Origin: Myxococcales bacterium
GTDB taxonomy: Bacteria; Myxococcota_A; Polyangia; Polyangiales; DASUME01
Reading direction: 5' to 3'
Assembly (NCBI GenBank): GCA_047601445.1
Contig: JASGJH010000001.1
Location: 8,928,001-8,992,000, forward strand
DNA: 64,000 nucleotides
Program-made: the position numbers and the translations under genes
In this document: in pieces, positions 19,356 to 29,473 of the stretch
Numbering within the stretch: the stretch's first letter is position 1
How the letters are laid out: the number at the start of each line of letters is the position of its first letter
Notes under the pieces: generated by a model
What the model was told of the DNA's origin: nothing
The model's input: the letters and a program-made list of their open reading frames with translations, nothing else
Database searches by the model: none

Positions 19356-20069
19356 ATGACTCACGGCATGAACGACTTGCGAAAGCTCTCAATCCTGATC
19401 CCGATCTACAACGAGAAGCGTTGGGTCGAGGAGATCGTACGGCGCGTGCTCGCGGCGGACTGTCGCGGACTCGAGCGCGAGCTGGTGATGGTCGATGACT
19501 GCTCGACCGACGGCACCAGCGACATCCTGAAGGCATTGGCCGCCAAACATCCCGAGATCAGCCTGTTCAAGCAGCCGGTCAACCAAGGCAAGGGCGCGGC
19601 GGTCCGCAGGGCCATCGAGGAAGCCACCGGTGATCTCATGTTGATCCAGGACGCGGACCTCGAATACGACCCACAGGACTACCCCACGCTGCTGCAGCCG
19701 CTCCTGGACGGCAAGGCCGACGCGGTGTTCGGGAGCCGATTCCTCGGGGGGCCGCATCGAGTGCTCTACTACTGGCACTCCGTGGGTAACAAGGTGCTCA
19801 CCACGCTGAGCAACATGTTTACCAACCTCAATCTCACGGACATGGAGACCTGCTACAAGGTGTTCCGCTCGGACCTGCTCAAGGGCATCAAGATCGAACA
19901 GCAGCGCTTCGGCATCGAGCCCGAGATCACGGCCAAGGCTGCCCGGCTCGGCGCCCGGATCTACGAAGTCCCGATCTCCTACGCTGGTCGCACCTATGCC
20001 GAGGGTAAGAAAATCGGTTGGAGGGACGGCGTGAAGGCCCTCTACTGCATCGTCCGCTACCGGGCCTGA
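19356..20069 (+). CDS. GT2 polyprenyl-phosphate glycosyltransferase (DPM1-like)
   Basis: IPIYNE, VDDCSTDGT, NQGKGAAVR, IQDADLEYDP, GSRF, TDMETCYK and GKKIGWRDG. Confidence 0.92.
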   Translation: MTHGMNDLRKLSILIPIYNEKRWVEEIVRRVLAADCRGLERELVMVDDCSTDGTSDILKALAAKHPEISLFKQPVNQGKGAAVRRAIEEATGDLMLIQDADLEYDPQDYPTLLQPLLDGKADAVFGSRFLGGPHRVLYYWHSVGNKVLTTLSNMFTNLNLTDMETCYKVFRSDLLKGIKIEQQRFGIEPEITAKAARLGARIYEVPISYAGRTYAEGKKIGWRDGVKALYCIVRYRA

Positions 20070-20221
20070 AAGCCCCGCGTCTCCGCCTGAGCCCGGCGTG
20101 GCCGCGCGTCGGCACCTACCAGGAATTCCCCGGGTAATTCGCCAGCCGAGGGCCCGTGCGCGGGTCTGCTTGTCGCGCTATAGCCGAACACGCTCGAGGG
20201 CTGAGCTGTAGGGGTTGGGCG

Positions 20222-21400
20222 ATGGCGAAAGGGACCGGAAAGCGCGGAAATTCAGGGTCGGCTGCTCACCCACAAGCAGAGTCGATCTCCGAGTCGCCGC
20301 TGGTGTCCGTCGTCATTCCTTCCTACAACCACCGCCGCTTCATCGGTAAGGCCGTCGACTCGGTGCTGCAGCAGTCGCACCAGAACGTGGAGCTCATCGT
20401 CATCGACGATGGCTCGTCCGACGGCTCGGCCGAGCTCTTGCGCGAGGCCTACGGCAGCGACCCTCGCGTGCAGCTACGGGCGCGGGAGAATCGCGGTGCC
20501 CACGCCACCCTCAACGAGGCGGTTGGGCTCGCACGCGGAGAGTTCGTCACGATCTTGAACTCGGACGACCTCTACCTTCCCACGCGCCTGGAGCGCTTGG
20601 TTCAGGCGGCGAGGCAGCACGGAGGCCACCCCTTCTTCGGCATCACCGGGGTGCGCATCGTCGACGAGCGCGATGAGCCGCTGCCCGTGAGCGGTCCCAC
20701 CCGCTACTACGCTTCGGTGCTCGACAAGTTCGAGGGACGTCCGGCGGCGGCCGCTTTCTGGGTCGGCAACCTCGCGATGACAACCTCCAACTTTTTCTTC
20801 TCGCGTGGGCTGCTGGAGAAGGTCGGGACCTTTGCCCCCCTGCGCTACACGCACGACTGGGATTGGGCGCTGCGTGCATCCGAGGTCGTGAGCCCGGTTC
20901 GGCTCGACGATGTGCTGCTTTGCTACCGTGTCCACGGCACCAACACCATCGCCGAGGGCAACATGTGGAAGCACGTGTCCGAGAACGCCTACGTCTTCGC
21001 CAGCGCCATCAAGCGCGCTGGCATCGAGCGCATGGCGGAGCGCGCTGGCGTGAGTCCTCACGAAGTCATGCAGGCCATGTTGGCCAACGAGAGCTTCGGG
21101 CCCGTCCCCACGCTGTTCTTGCTCGGCCTGGGCAAGTCTCCCGAGGAGCTCACGCAGCTGCTCGAGCGGGGCGCCCTGGAAGAGATGCTGCCCAAGCTGG
21201 TGGGGCGCTCACGGGTCGATACGGATCTCATGTTGTCGGCCGAACACCTGCGTCACAAGTTGGGTGACAAGCCGGCCCATGCGTCGCCGAAGCCCGCGGC
21301 CAAGAAGGCCAAGCCCAAGGGACCGCTCACCGCACTGCGCGCCGCGGGCAAGCGCGTGCGGAAGAGCTTGCGAAGCGCCCTCTCCGAGAAGCGCAAATGA
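20222..21400 (+). CDS. Glycosyltransferase family 2
   Basis: VSVVIPSYNH, IDDGSSDGS, ILNSDD, HDWDWALR and YRVHGTNT; basic C-terminal tail. Confidence 0.92.
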   Translation: MAKGTGKRGNSGSAAHPQAESISESPLVSVVIPSYNHRRFIGKAVDSVLQQSHQNVELIVIDDGSSDGSAELLREAYGSDPRVQLRARENRGAHATLNEAVGLARGEFVTILNSDDLYLPTRLERLVQAARQHGGHPFFGITGVRIVDERDEPLPVSGPTRYYASVLDKFEGRPAAAAFWVGNLAMTTSNFFFSRGLLEKVGTFAPLRYTHDWDWALRASEVVSPVRLDDVLLCYRVHGTNTIAEGNMWKHVSENAYVFASAIKRAGIERMAERAGVSPHEVMQAMLANESFGPVPTLFLLGLGKSPEELTQLLERGALEEMLPKLVGRSRVDTDLMLSAEHLRHKLGDKPAHASPKPAAKKAKPKGPLTALRAAGKRVRKSLRSALSEKRK

Positions 21401-24400
21401 CGATGACGCCGCCCGGCAAGGACCGCGTCACGACGCTGGACGTGTGGGACACGCTCTTGCGCCGGCGCTGTCACCCGGACGAGGTGAAGCTGGCCAGCGC
21501 GGATTTCGTGCGCATTCACCATGGCGCACGGCTGTTGCCCGAGTTCGCCAGCGCGTCAGCCATCTTTCAGCAGCGCAGGCAGGCCGAGATCCGCATCGGC
21601 AACAAGAACCGCGCGGAGGGCCACGACGACGAGTACCGCTTGATCGATGTTTGGCGTTCGGCGCTGACGGTGATGCTCAAGCCATCCGAAAGCGCCCTCT
21701 TGGAAGAGGTGGCCGCGGCTGCGCAGCGCAGCGAGCTCGCTTTCGAAGACCGCGTCACCTACGCCAATCCGTCGATCCGCGCGTTCCTGCAGGAGCAGGC
21801 CGTGTCGGAGGCGCATCTCCTGAGCGATTTCTACGTGGGAGGGGCCGACCTGCTGGAGTTGGTGCGACGCAAGCACCCTGGGCTCGCGCTGGCGGGGGCC
21901 ATGGTGTCGTGCGACGAGGGCGTGACCAAGCGGTCGGGACGCCTGTACCGCCGCTTCGAGCGCGTGTGCGAGATCGAGCCGGCCCAGCATCTCCACATCG
22001 GCGACAACCAGGAGAGCGACGTGCTGAGCGCGCGTCGGGTAGGGCTCACGGCACTCCACTATCAAGACGCTGTGGAGGAGCAGAAGCGGGCTAATCTGGC
22101 CAAGCAGTTCGAAGCGCGTATGAAGGGCGACTACTCGTCGTACTGGAAGACGCTGCGCTCACGGGGCGCGGCCAGCGCGGCGGCCGATGCACGTCACGAG
22201 GACCCTCGCTTCCAGTTCGGGGTCGAGCTCGCGCCTCTGTACGTGCTGTACGTGCTGTTCGCGCTCGAGCAGGCCGCTCGGGCCGGTGTCGACAAGGTTT
22301 ACTACTTCACCCGCGAAGGTGAGGTGTTGGCCCGCATTCATGCAGCGATCGCCGCGGCCTGTCCGGATCGTCAGCTGCCGGCGGCCGATCTCCTCGAGGT
22401 GAGCCGTCTGGCCACCTTCGGGGCTTCCATCGCCGGCCTCGAGTTGCCGGAGCTGAACCGCTTCTGGACCATGTACTCGCGGCACTCCGTCAACACGCTG
22501 CTGGTGTCGCTCGGGCTCGACCCCGCGGCCTACGCGGACCTGGTGTGGGAGGCAGGCCTCGATCCCGAGCAGCTGGTGATCGAGCCGTGGCGGGACCCGC
22601 GCTTCCTCGGGCTCCTCGAAAATCCCAGCTTCAAGTCCAAGGTGGAGGCCGGACTCGCGCGCCGTCGCGCGGACTTGATGGACTACTTCGGGCAACACGG
22701 GCTCACGCCGCAGAGCCGGCGCGCCGTGGTCGTCGAGATCGGCTGGCGCGGCACCATCCAGGACAACCTGGCCCGCATCTTCCCTGACGTGGAGTGGCAG
22801 GGCGTCTACCTGGCGCTGTTCCGCTACCTCAATACGCAGCCCGAAAACGCGCTCAAGACGGCGTTCCTGCTGAATGACAATCAGGGCGACACGGCCGAGA
22901 AGGTGCTGCGTCCACAGGCCCCGCTCGAGATGCTCTTCAACTCGGCCTCGGGCAGTGTCACGGGCTACGTGCGGGAAGGGGAGCGCGTGGTCGCCACCCG
23001 CAAGTCCGCCGAAGGCGAAGACCGTGTGTTCCATGCATTCACGGGAATGGTGCAGGAGGGGGTGCTGGCTTCCGTGCCGGGCATCGTGCACTTCCTGGAG
23101 GAGCGCGCGCTTTCGCCCCTGGAGCTGCGCATGCAAGCGCGGCGCATGGCGGAGGACTTGCTCAGCATGCCGCCTCGCGCCTTCGCGCGCGCCTACTTCG
23201 AGCTCGAGCACAACGAGACCTTCGGCGTCGGTGGCTTCGTGCGCAAAGAGGGGCAGCTGGTGCGCGACGTACTCAGGACCGGCTCCGCGAGCAAGGCTTG
23301 GAAGCTCCTGAGCGAACGGCCGAAAGAGAGCGGCTGGGTCGCAGGCTTCCATGCTGCACACTCGGGTGCAGGCGGGGCCGACGTCATCACGCGCCTCGCC
23401 GCGGGCCAGAAGGACCTCAAGCGCGTGCCCAAGTTGCTGGGCCGAATTTCGCGAGAGGTCTGGAAGGGCACCAAGAAGCGTGGACTGGTCCCGGTATTGG
23501 CGGACATTCGCGATGCCTTCGTGACCAAGCCTCAGCCGGCCCCCGAGAGCATTCGCATGATTCCGCTCGTGCAGACGGCCGAGCTGCAGAACGAGCACTT
23601 GCTGCGCTTCAACGAGGAAATGCTGTCGGCGCGTCGCGCGGCCAGCGGTCCGTTCGTGGTGGCGTGGCTCATCCCCGACATCGGATACGGTTCGGGCGGG
23701 CACATGACGCTGCTGCGCTTCGTGCGTCACTTCCGCAGCCTGGGCATCGTCAACAAGGTCTACGTGCACGGCAAGTCGCGTCACCGTGACCGCACCGCGC
23801 TCGAGAAGTTCGTGCGCACCAACTACGGCCCCATCGAAGGTATCGAGTTCTACGAGAACTCCGAGACCATCGACGACAGCGACATCCTGATCGCCACCCA
23901 CTGGACCACGGCCTACGAGGTGTTCCGCCAGGAGAACACGCGCTTCAAGGCCTATTTCATCCAGGACTTCGAGCCCCACTTTTATCCCAAGGGGTCGCTC
24001 GGCGTGTTCGCCGAGAACACCTACGCGATGAACCTGTACGGAGTGTGCGCGAGCCCCTGGCTGTTCGAGGTCGCGCAGCGCTACGGCATGCAGGCGTGCG
24101 GCTTCCACCTCGGGTACGAGCCCGAGACCTACTACGTCGACCCGCTCGCCGAGCGGGACCCGAACCGCGTGGTGGTCTACATGCGACCCAGCACGGAGCG
24201 CCGCGGCACCGAGCTCCTGCTGGCAGCGCTCCTCCTGGTTCAGCGAGAGCGTCCGCAGACGCGCATCTCCATCTTCGGGACCCCGAGCATTCCGGCGGTC
24301 GGGCTCAAGGCCGAGATCATGGGCTTGTTGAACGAGGAGCAGCTGCGTCGCCTGCACAGCGCCTCGGCCATCACCTTGCTCACCTCCCTCACCAACTACT

Positions 24401-24840
24401 CGCTGATGCCCATCGAGGCCATGGCTTGCGGCTCGGTGGTCATCGATCTCGATGTCGAGAGCATGCGGGCCACCTTCGGCATCGACGCCCCCATCAGCCT
24501 CGTGAAGCCGGATCCCCAGGCCATCGCGCGCGAGATCCTGGAGCTCTTGAACGACCGCGAAAAGCTGGCCGAGAAGTCGGCGGCTTGCATCGCCTATGCC
24601 CAGGGCTTCCAGTGGAGCCGTGCGTTCGACGAGGTGAGCTCGGCCCTGTTCGCGCAGTACTTCCGGGGCACCCTCGCCGACGCCCGTGGCGCCAAGCTCA
24701 GCGGCTTGGTGCGGCCGCGCGGGGGCACGCAGTTCTACTCGGTGCGCGCTGGCCAGAAGGTCGCGCTCTCGGACGACGAGGTGTCGGGAAGCGCCGAGCA
24801 GATCGACCCACGGACGCTGCTGGCCTTGCCGACGGGCTGA
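21397..24840 (+). CDS. Multidomain protein: HAD phosphatase + ribofuranosyltransferase-like domain + WsaF-like GT4
   Basis: TLDVWDTLLRR, LSDFY and HIGDNQESD; YFTREG and VEIGWRGTIQ; C-terminal GSGGHMT, ATHWTTAY, YFIQDFEPHFYP, RPSTERRG and EAMACG. Confidence 0.8.
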   Translation: MTMTPPGKDRVTTLDVWDTLLRRRCHPDEVKLASADFVRIHHGARLLPEFASASAIFQQRRQAEIRIGNKNRAEGHDDEYRLIDVWRSALTVMLKPSESALLEEVAAAAQRSELAFEDRVTYANPSIRAFLQEQAVSEAHLLSDFYVGGADLLELVRRKHPGLALAGAMVSCDEGVTKRSGRLYRRFERVCEIEPAQHLHIGDNQESDVLSARRVGLTALHYQDAVEEQKRANLAKQFEARMKGDYSSYWKTLRSRGAASAAADARHEDPRFQFGVELAPLYVLYVLFALEQAARAGVDKVYYFTREGEVLARIHAAIAAACPDRQLPAADLLEVSRLATFGASIAGLELPELNRFWTMYSRHSVNTLLVSLGLDPAAYADLVWEAGLDPEQLVIEPWRDPRFLGLLENPSFKSKVEAGLARRRADLMDYFGQHGLTPQSRRAVVVEIGWRGTIQDNLARIFPDVEWQGVYLALFRYLNTQPENALKTAFLLNDNQGDTAEKVLRPQAPLEMLFNSASGSVTGYVREGERVVATRKSAEGEDRVFHAFTGMVQEGVLASVPGIVHFLEERALSPLELRMQARRMAEDLLSMPPRAFARAYFELEHNETFGVGGFVRKEGQLVRDVLRTGSASKAWKLLSERPKESGWVAGFHAAHSGAGGADVITRLAAGQKDLKRVPKLLGRISREVWKGTKKRGLVPVLADIRDAFVTKPQPAPESIRMIPLVQTAELQNEHLLRFNEEMLSARRAASGPFVVAWLIPDIGYGSGGHMTLLRFVRHFRSLGIVNKVYVHGKSRHRDRTALEKFVRTNYGPIEGIEFYENSETIDDSDILIATHWTTAYEVFRQENTRFKAYFIQDFEPHFYPKGSLGVFAENTYAMNLYGVCASPWLFEVAQRYGMQACGFHLGYEPETYYVDPLAERDPNRVVVYMRPSTERRGTELLLAALLLVQRERPQTRISIFGTPSIPAVGLKAEIMGLLNEEQLRRLHSASAITLLTSLTNYSLMPIEAMACGSVVIDLDVESMRATFGIDAPISLVKPDPQAIAREILELLNDREKLAEKSAACIAYAQGFQWSRAFDEVSSALFAQYFRGTLADARGAKLSGLVRPRGGTQFYSVRAGQKVALSDDEVSGSAEQIDPRTLLALPTG

Positions 24841-25115
24841 GTACCTCGGGGCGGGCTCGACAGGGGACGCCCACGGCGCTGGCACAGGGGCCTCTCGCGA
24901 GGGGGCCCGATCTTCGAGTCTGACCTTGGAATGCAAAGTCATTCCGTCACTTTATGGCTACGAAGTGACGGCGGCTCGAGGCCGCTCGGGGAGGGGGCGG
25001 GGCGGAGCGACCCGGAGCCTACGCACGCGAGCTCTCCGCATTCCACCCTCACCAGGTGTCCGTGAGCACTGCAATTCTCGCCAAGCTCGATGCCTCGCGC
25101 TAGGAAGGCGGCGTC

Positions 25116-26234
25116 GTGACCAACCAGCGCGGGGGCGATTTTGCGGCCCATGGGGGGCGGAAGCTCTTTTGCTTCGGCTTCCATCCCTGGAAGAGGGGCT
25201 ACGTGCGGCGCTACCTGGCGCACGAGGGCAACGCGCGCTTTGCGCGGACCGCGCTCGAGGCCTCGCTCAAGGGCTTCGACGCCGACAGCCGCATCGTCGT
25301 GTGGGGCTCCGGTGAGTCGGAGGACGTGCGGGATTTGGCCGCCCGCTACGACGTCCCGATCTGGCGCATGGAAGACGGCTTCCTGCGTTCCGTGGGCCTG
25401 GGCGCGGAGCGCTATACGCCCGCCTCGCTCGTGCTGGATCGCACCGGCATCTACTACAACCCGCAGACCACCAGCGACCTCGAAAAGCTGCTCGCCGACG
25501 GCATCTTCGGCAGTGCGGATCTCGAGCGTGCCCGCCTGCTCCGCGAGGGCATCGTGCGGCTGGCGCTCAGCAAGTACAACGTCGGCGATCGCACCGCGAG
25601 TTTGCCCACGGTGCCGGAAGGGCGCACCGCGATTCTGGTGCCGGGCCAGGTGCAGGACGACGCCTCGATTCGCCTGGGTTGCATCGACCTTCGGACCAAC
25701 CTGGACCTCTTGAAGGCGACCCGCGAACGTCGGCCTGACGCGTTCATCATCTTCAAGCCCCACCCGGACGTGGTGAGCGGCAACCGACGCGGCGCGGTCT
25801 CCGCCGAGGACGCGCGACGCTACGCCGACGTGGTGGTCGAGGATGCGCCGCTACCGGCTTGCCTCGGCCTCGTTCAGGAGGTCCACACGCTCACCTCCCT
25901 CGTGGGCTTCGAGGCGCTCATGCGAGGGCTTCGCGTCAACGCCTACGGCTTGCCGTTCTACGCCGGCTGGGGCCTCACCGAAGATCGCCATGCCCACTCG
26001 GGACGCACGCGGCGCCTCACGCTCGACGAGCTGGTGTGCGCGACCCTCATCCGCTATCCGCTCTACCTCGACCCGAACACGCTGCGCCCGAGCTCGCCCG
26101 AGCAGGTCGTGGAGGACCTGGCCCAGGCCGTGCGCGACGACAGAAACCGGCCCATCCAGATCTCTTGGCTGAAGCGTCACGCGCGCAAGGCTGGCAACGC
26201 TCTCAAGGCCATGTTGGGCCGGAATGGGCAGTAG
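25116..26234 (+). CDS. kpsC: KpsC-family beta-Kdo transferase, single-domain
   Basis: WKR, MEDGFLRSVGLG, DRTGIYY, SKYN, VPGQVQDDASI, KPHPDV and PFYAGWGLT. 372 aa. Confidence 0.92.
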   Translation: MTNQRGGDFAAHGGRKLFCFGFHPWKRGYVRRYLAHEGNARFARTALEASLKGFDADSRIVVWGSGESEDVRDLAARYDVPIWRMEDGFLRSVGLGAERYTPASLVLDRTGIYYNPQTTSDLEKLLADGIFGSADLERARLLREGIVRLALSKYNVGDRTASLPTVPEGRTAILVPGQVQDDASIRLGCIDLRTNLDLLKATRERRPDAFIIFKPHPDVVSGNRRGAVSAEDARRYADVVVEDAPLPACLGLVQEVHTLTSLVGFEALMRGLRVNAYGLPFYAGWGLTEDRHAHSGRTRRLTLDELVCATLIRYPLYLDPNTLRPSSPEQVVEDLAQAVRDDRNRPIQISWLKRHARKAGNALKAMLGRNGQ

Positions 26235-27471
26235 CGGCGTGTCTGCTCTCGAGCTCGGGGTGCGAAACGCGCTGCTGCTGCAGGGGCCGATGGGGCCCTT
26301 CTTCCGCCATTTCGCCGACGAGTTGCAGGCCCAGGGCATCCAGGTCACCAAGCTCAACTTCAACGCTGGCGACGCGCTCTACTTTCGAGGACCAGAGGCG
26401 CGCAGCTATCGCGGTCGGCTCGACGGGCTCGGCGCTTATTTCGAGCAGCTCATGCGCGAGCAGCGCATCGACGGCGTGTTCTTGTTCGGCGACGGGCGTC
26501 CGGTGCACCGCAAGGCCATCGAGGTGGCGCAGCGACTGGGCATCCGGGTCTTCGTGTTCGAGGAGGGCTACATGCGCCCGGACTGGATCACGCTGGAAGA
26601 GGGCGGCGTGAACGGTCACTCGTCGCTGCCCCGTGACCCGGCCTTCTATCGCGCCTTTTCCCACGAAGAGGTGCCGGAGGCCGTGCGCGTCAAGTCTAGC
26701 TTCGGGCGCGCGGGCTGGTTCTCCACCGCTTACTCCATCGCGCTCACGCTCGGCTTCTTCGCATACCCGTACTACCGTCACCACCGCCCGCTCAACGCCT
26801 TCGTCGAGGCCTTTCGCTGGGTGCGCGGCGGTCTGCGCAAGCAGATCTTCGTGCGGCGCGAGCGCGGGCTCACCGAGTGGCTCTCCGAGACACGGCACAA
26901 GCAGTTCTTCCTGGTGGCCATGCAGGTGCACTGTGACTACCAGCTCGTGCATTCTCCGTTCGACAGCGTGGAGCAGTTCCTCGAGCAGGTGATGGCGTCC
27001 TTCGCGAAGCACGCGCCCAAGACGCAGTCCCTTGTCATCAAGAGCCACCCGCTCGATCGACCCTACCGTGAGCACGGACCCTTGATTCGCCGCCTGAGCC
27101 AGCGCTTCGGCCTCGAGGGGCGGGTCACGCACGTGCACGACTTGCACCTGCCCACGTTGCTCCGACACGCGAGCGGCGTGGTCATGATCAACAGCACGGT
27201 GGGGCTGCAGGCGGTGCAGGCTGGCACTCCCGTGAAGGTGCTGGGGCACGCGGTCTACGACATGGCTGGCCTCACGTACCAGGGCTCGCTCGAGGCCTTC
27301 TGGCGCGATCCGGGCAGCGTCGATCTCGAGCTCTACAAGGGCTTCCGCGCGCACCTCATGCAGGCGAACCAGGCCAACGGCAGCTTCTATCGGCAGCTTT
27401 CACAGTCGCCCCTGAAGGCCGGCTTGATCTGGCCGCCGGCGCTCACGGACGGCTCGGCGATCAAGTCCTGA
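26224..27471 (+). CDS. kpsS: KpsS-family capsule biosynthesis beta-Kdo transferase
   Basis: LLLQGPMGPFF, FEEGYMRPDWITLE.GGVN, QVHCDYQ, KSHPLD, INSTVG and NGSFY. Confidence 0.94.
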   Translation: MGSSGVSALELGVRNALLLQGPMGPFFRHFADELQAQGIQVTKLNFNAGDALYFRGPEARSYRGRLDGLGAYFEQLMREQRIDGVFLFGDGRPVHRKAIEVAQRLGIRVFVFEEGYMRPDWITLEEGGVNGHSSLPRDPAFYRAFSHEEVPEAVRVKSSFGRAGWFSTAYSIALTLGFFAYPYYRHHRPLNAFVEAFRWVRGGLRKQIFVRRERGLTEWLSETRHKQFFLVAMQVHCDYQLVHSPFDSVEQFLEQVMASFAKHAPKTQSLVIKSHPLDRPYREHGPLIRRLSQRFGLEGRVTHVHDLHLPTLLRHASGVVMINSTVGLQAVQAGTPVKVLGHAVYDMAGLTYQGSLEAFWRDPGSVDLELYKGFRAHLMQANQANGSFYRQLSQSPLKAGLIWPPALTDGSAIKS

Positions 27472-27496
27472 GCCGTCGGTGTGGTGGGCGGCGCGT

Positions 27497-28225
27497 TCAG
27501 GTGCGCTGCATGGCGAAGACGAGGCTCTGACCCACCGGCAGGCGCAAGCGATCCAGCAAGCGAATGACGGGCAAGAGCAGCTCCACCTTGCGCACGTCAC
27601 CCGTGCCCACGGCGCTGTGGCCCAACAGGCGCATTTGCAAAAACCAGCCGAACGCGCCGGGGATATTGACGTAGCGGCAGTCGCGCGTGAGCAGACGAGC
27701 CGGACCTTGAGTCACCTCGAGCCGCTTCAGGTCAGCGGCGACATAGCGACGGTGATGGCCGAGCGCGCGGTCGAAGTCCGAGTACAGCCAGCGCCCTGCT
27801 GGCACCAACGCCACGAACCATCCGCCGGGCTTCAACAGGCGCGCGCAGTGCTGGACTACGGTGGCGTCGTCGACGATGTGCTCGAGCACGTTCGAGGAGT
27901 AGATGCAGTCGAGGCTGTCGAACTCTCGGAGCTCCAAGATGTCGCTACCGCAGGCAGCCACGCGGGGATGGCCGGCGAAGCGCTTGGAGAGCACGCGCAG
28001 GTTGTCTGGCTCGACGTCGAAGGGACGCACCCGATAATCGGCCCCCACGATCTCGGTCAGCGTGCCGTGCCCGGCTCCGAGCTCGACGTTCGCTGCGCCC
28101 AGATAGGGCCGAAAGAAGTCCACGATCCAGCGGTTGTAACCGACCGCAGACTCGATGGTGTCGAGCATCGCGCCGCCGAGGGCGTGCTCGGCGTAGACCT
28201 CGGAGTTAGGTCGGACTGGATCCAC
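27497..28225 (-). CDS. Class I SAM-dependent methyltransferase
   Basis: YNRWI, VELGAGHG, NVLEHI, LKPGG and DRALGHHRRY. GTG start at 28225 chosen. Confidence 0.85.
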   Translation of the reverse strand: MDPVRPNSEVYAEHALGGAMLDTIESAVGYNRWIVDFFRPYLGAANVELGAGHGTLTEIVGADYRVRPFDVEPDNLRVLSKRFAGHPRVAACGSDILELREFDSLDCIYSSNVLEHIVDDATVVQHCARLLKPGGWFVALVPAGRWLYSDFDRALGHHRRYVAADLKRLEVTQGPARLLTRDCRYVNIPGAFGWFLQMRLLGHSAVGTGDVRKVELLLPVIRLLDRLRLPVGQSLVFAMQRT

Positions 28226-28613
28226 GGAACACCATCCTGTCGTAGCCGAGAAAATTGAAGACGATCGCGACGAGCATGCTGGCGAGGGTCGTGAGCATGG
28301 GAGCGAACCCGAGCCCATCGAGCAGGTAGAACATCCCGAAACGCAGTGCCAGGCCCACGGACGACACCACGTGGAACGACAGGCAGGAGCGCCAGAAGCC
28401 GGACTCGCCCGCACCCCAGGTGATGCGCCGGTGCAACACGAACGCGAACATCAGCGCGATCTCGGTGACCACGACGTTGGTCACGTTGCGCGCCAGAGCG
28501 GTGTCGTTGAGGGAGGGGACTCGAAACGCCAGCGCGGCCAGACCCATGTTGAAGCCCAACACCGCCACGCCGACCATGCCGTACCGAGAGATGCGCTGAA
28601 GCCGCTCGTTCAC
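28206..28613 (-). CDS. GtrA-family flippase-like membrane protein
   Basis: RYGMVG..., FVLHRRITW and FNFLGYDRMVF; four TM segments; about 135 aa from GTG at 28613. Confidence 0.85.
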   Translation of the reverse strand: MNERLQRISRYGMVGVAVLGFNMGLAALAFRVPSLNDTALARNVTNVVVTEIALMFAFVLHRRITWGAGESGFWRSCLSFHVVSSVGLALRFGMFYLLDGLGFAPMLTTLASMLVAIVFNFLGYDRMVFRGSSPT

Positions 28614-28645
28614 CGTCCGACACTCCCACAGCCCTGCGAATCCGG

Positions 28646-29464
28646 CTAGGGTGAGCCGACCGCGCTCCTGGCCTTGACCTTCTCGCCCGCGGTGCGCGCG
28701 AAGGCGAGGGCGTTGTAGATGCTCACGATGGCTGCGCTCTTGGCGCGCTTGCGGAGCATCAGCGCTCGACGATCGCCGGCGTAGCGCTCGGCCACCTCGA
28801 TGTCCTCGGCGAACTGGCGGTGGAATTGCGCGCCGCTCTTGCTGCTCGGGTACCAACGGAAGCAGGCCAGGCGCTCCGGCAGATACAGTGGCTCACCGCG
28901 GCGGGCCAGGCGCAGCCACATGTCGTAATCGAAGGCCAGCTTGAGGTCCATGTTGATGTAGCCGACCTCGTCATGCACCGAGCGGCGCCAGAAGGTGGTC
29001 ATCTGGCACACGTAATTCTCGGTGATCAAGTTGTCGAAGCTATGGCGCTGTGCGCGCAGGTGCTTGTAGAGGCTCACCCACTTGCGCACGGGCTTGTCGT
29101 CCGGATCGATGATCTCGCAGCGTCCGTGGACCCACTCCACCTCGGGGTGCTCGCGGAAGGCGGTGGCCACCCGCTGCAGGGCTCCAGGCAACAACAGGTC
29201 GTCGCTGTTGACCCAGCCTACGATGTCCCCCGTCGCCGCGCGCAAGCCCTTGTTGATGGCGTCGCACTGGCCCTTGTCGCGCTCACTCGTCCAGGCGAAG
29301 CGGTCGCCGTAGCGCTTGAGGATCTCCACCGTGCCGTCGGTGCTGCCGCCGTCGACGACGCGGTACTCCAACTCGAAGTCGCCGCGTTGCCCGAGCACAC
29401 TCTCGATGGTGCGTTCGATGAAGGGCGCTTGGTTGTAGGAGGGAGTGACGATGGAAATGCGCAC
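28646..29464 (-). CDS. Glycosyltransferase family 2
   Basis: ISIVTPSYNQ, DGGSTDGT, GQCDAINKG, WVNSDD and DYDMWLR. Confidence 0.93.
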   Translation of the reverse strand: MRISIVTPSYNQAPFIERTIESVLGQRGDFELEYRVVDGGSTDGTVEILKRYGDRFAWTSERDKGQCDAINKGLRAATGDIVGWVNSDDLLLPGALQRVATAFREHPEVEWVHGRCEIIDPDDKPVRKWVSLYKHLRAQRHSFDNLITENYVCQMTTFWRRSVHDEVGYINMDLKLAFDYDMWLRLARRGEPLYLPERLACFRWYPSSKSGAQFHRQFAEDIEVAERYAGDRRALMLRKRAKSAAIVSIYNALAFARTAGEKVKARSAVGSP

Positions 29465-29473
29465 GGGCAGGCT

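Noticed and set aside
24888..24908. GC-rich hairpin after the 1147-aa gene
   Set aside because: Needs G-U pairs and has no U-tract; not supportable as an intrinsic terminator.
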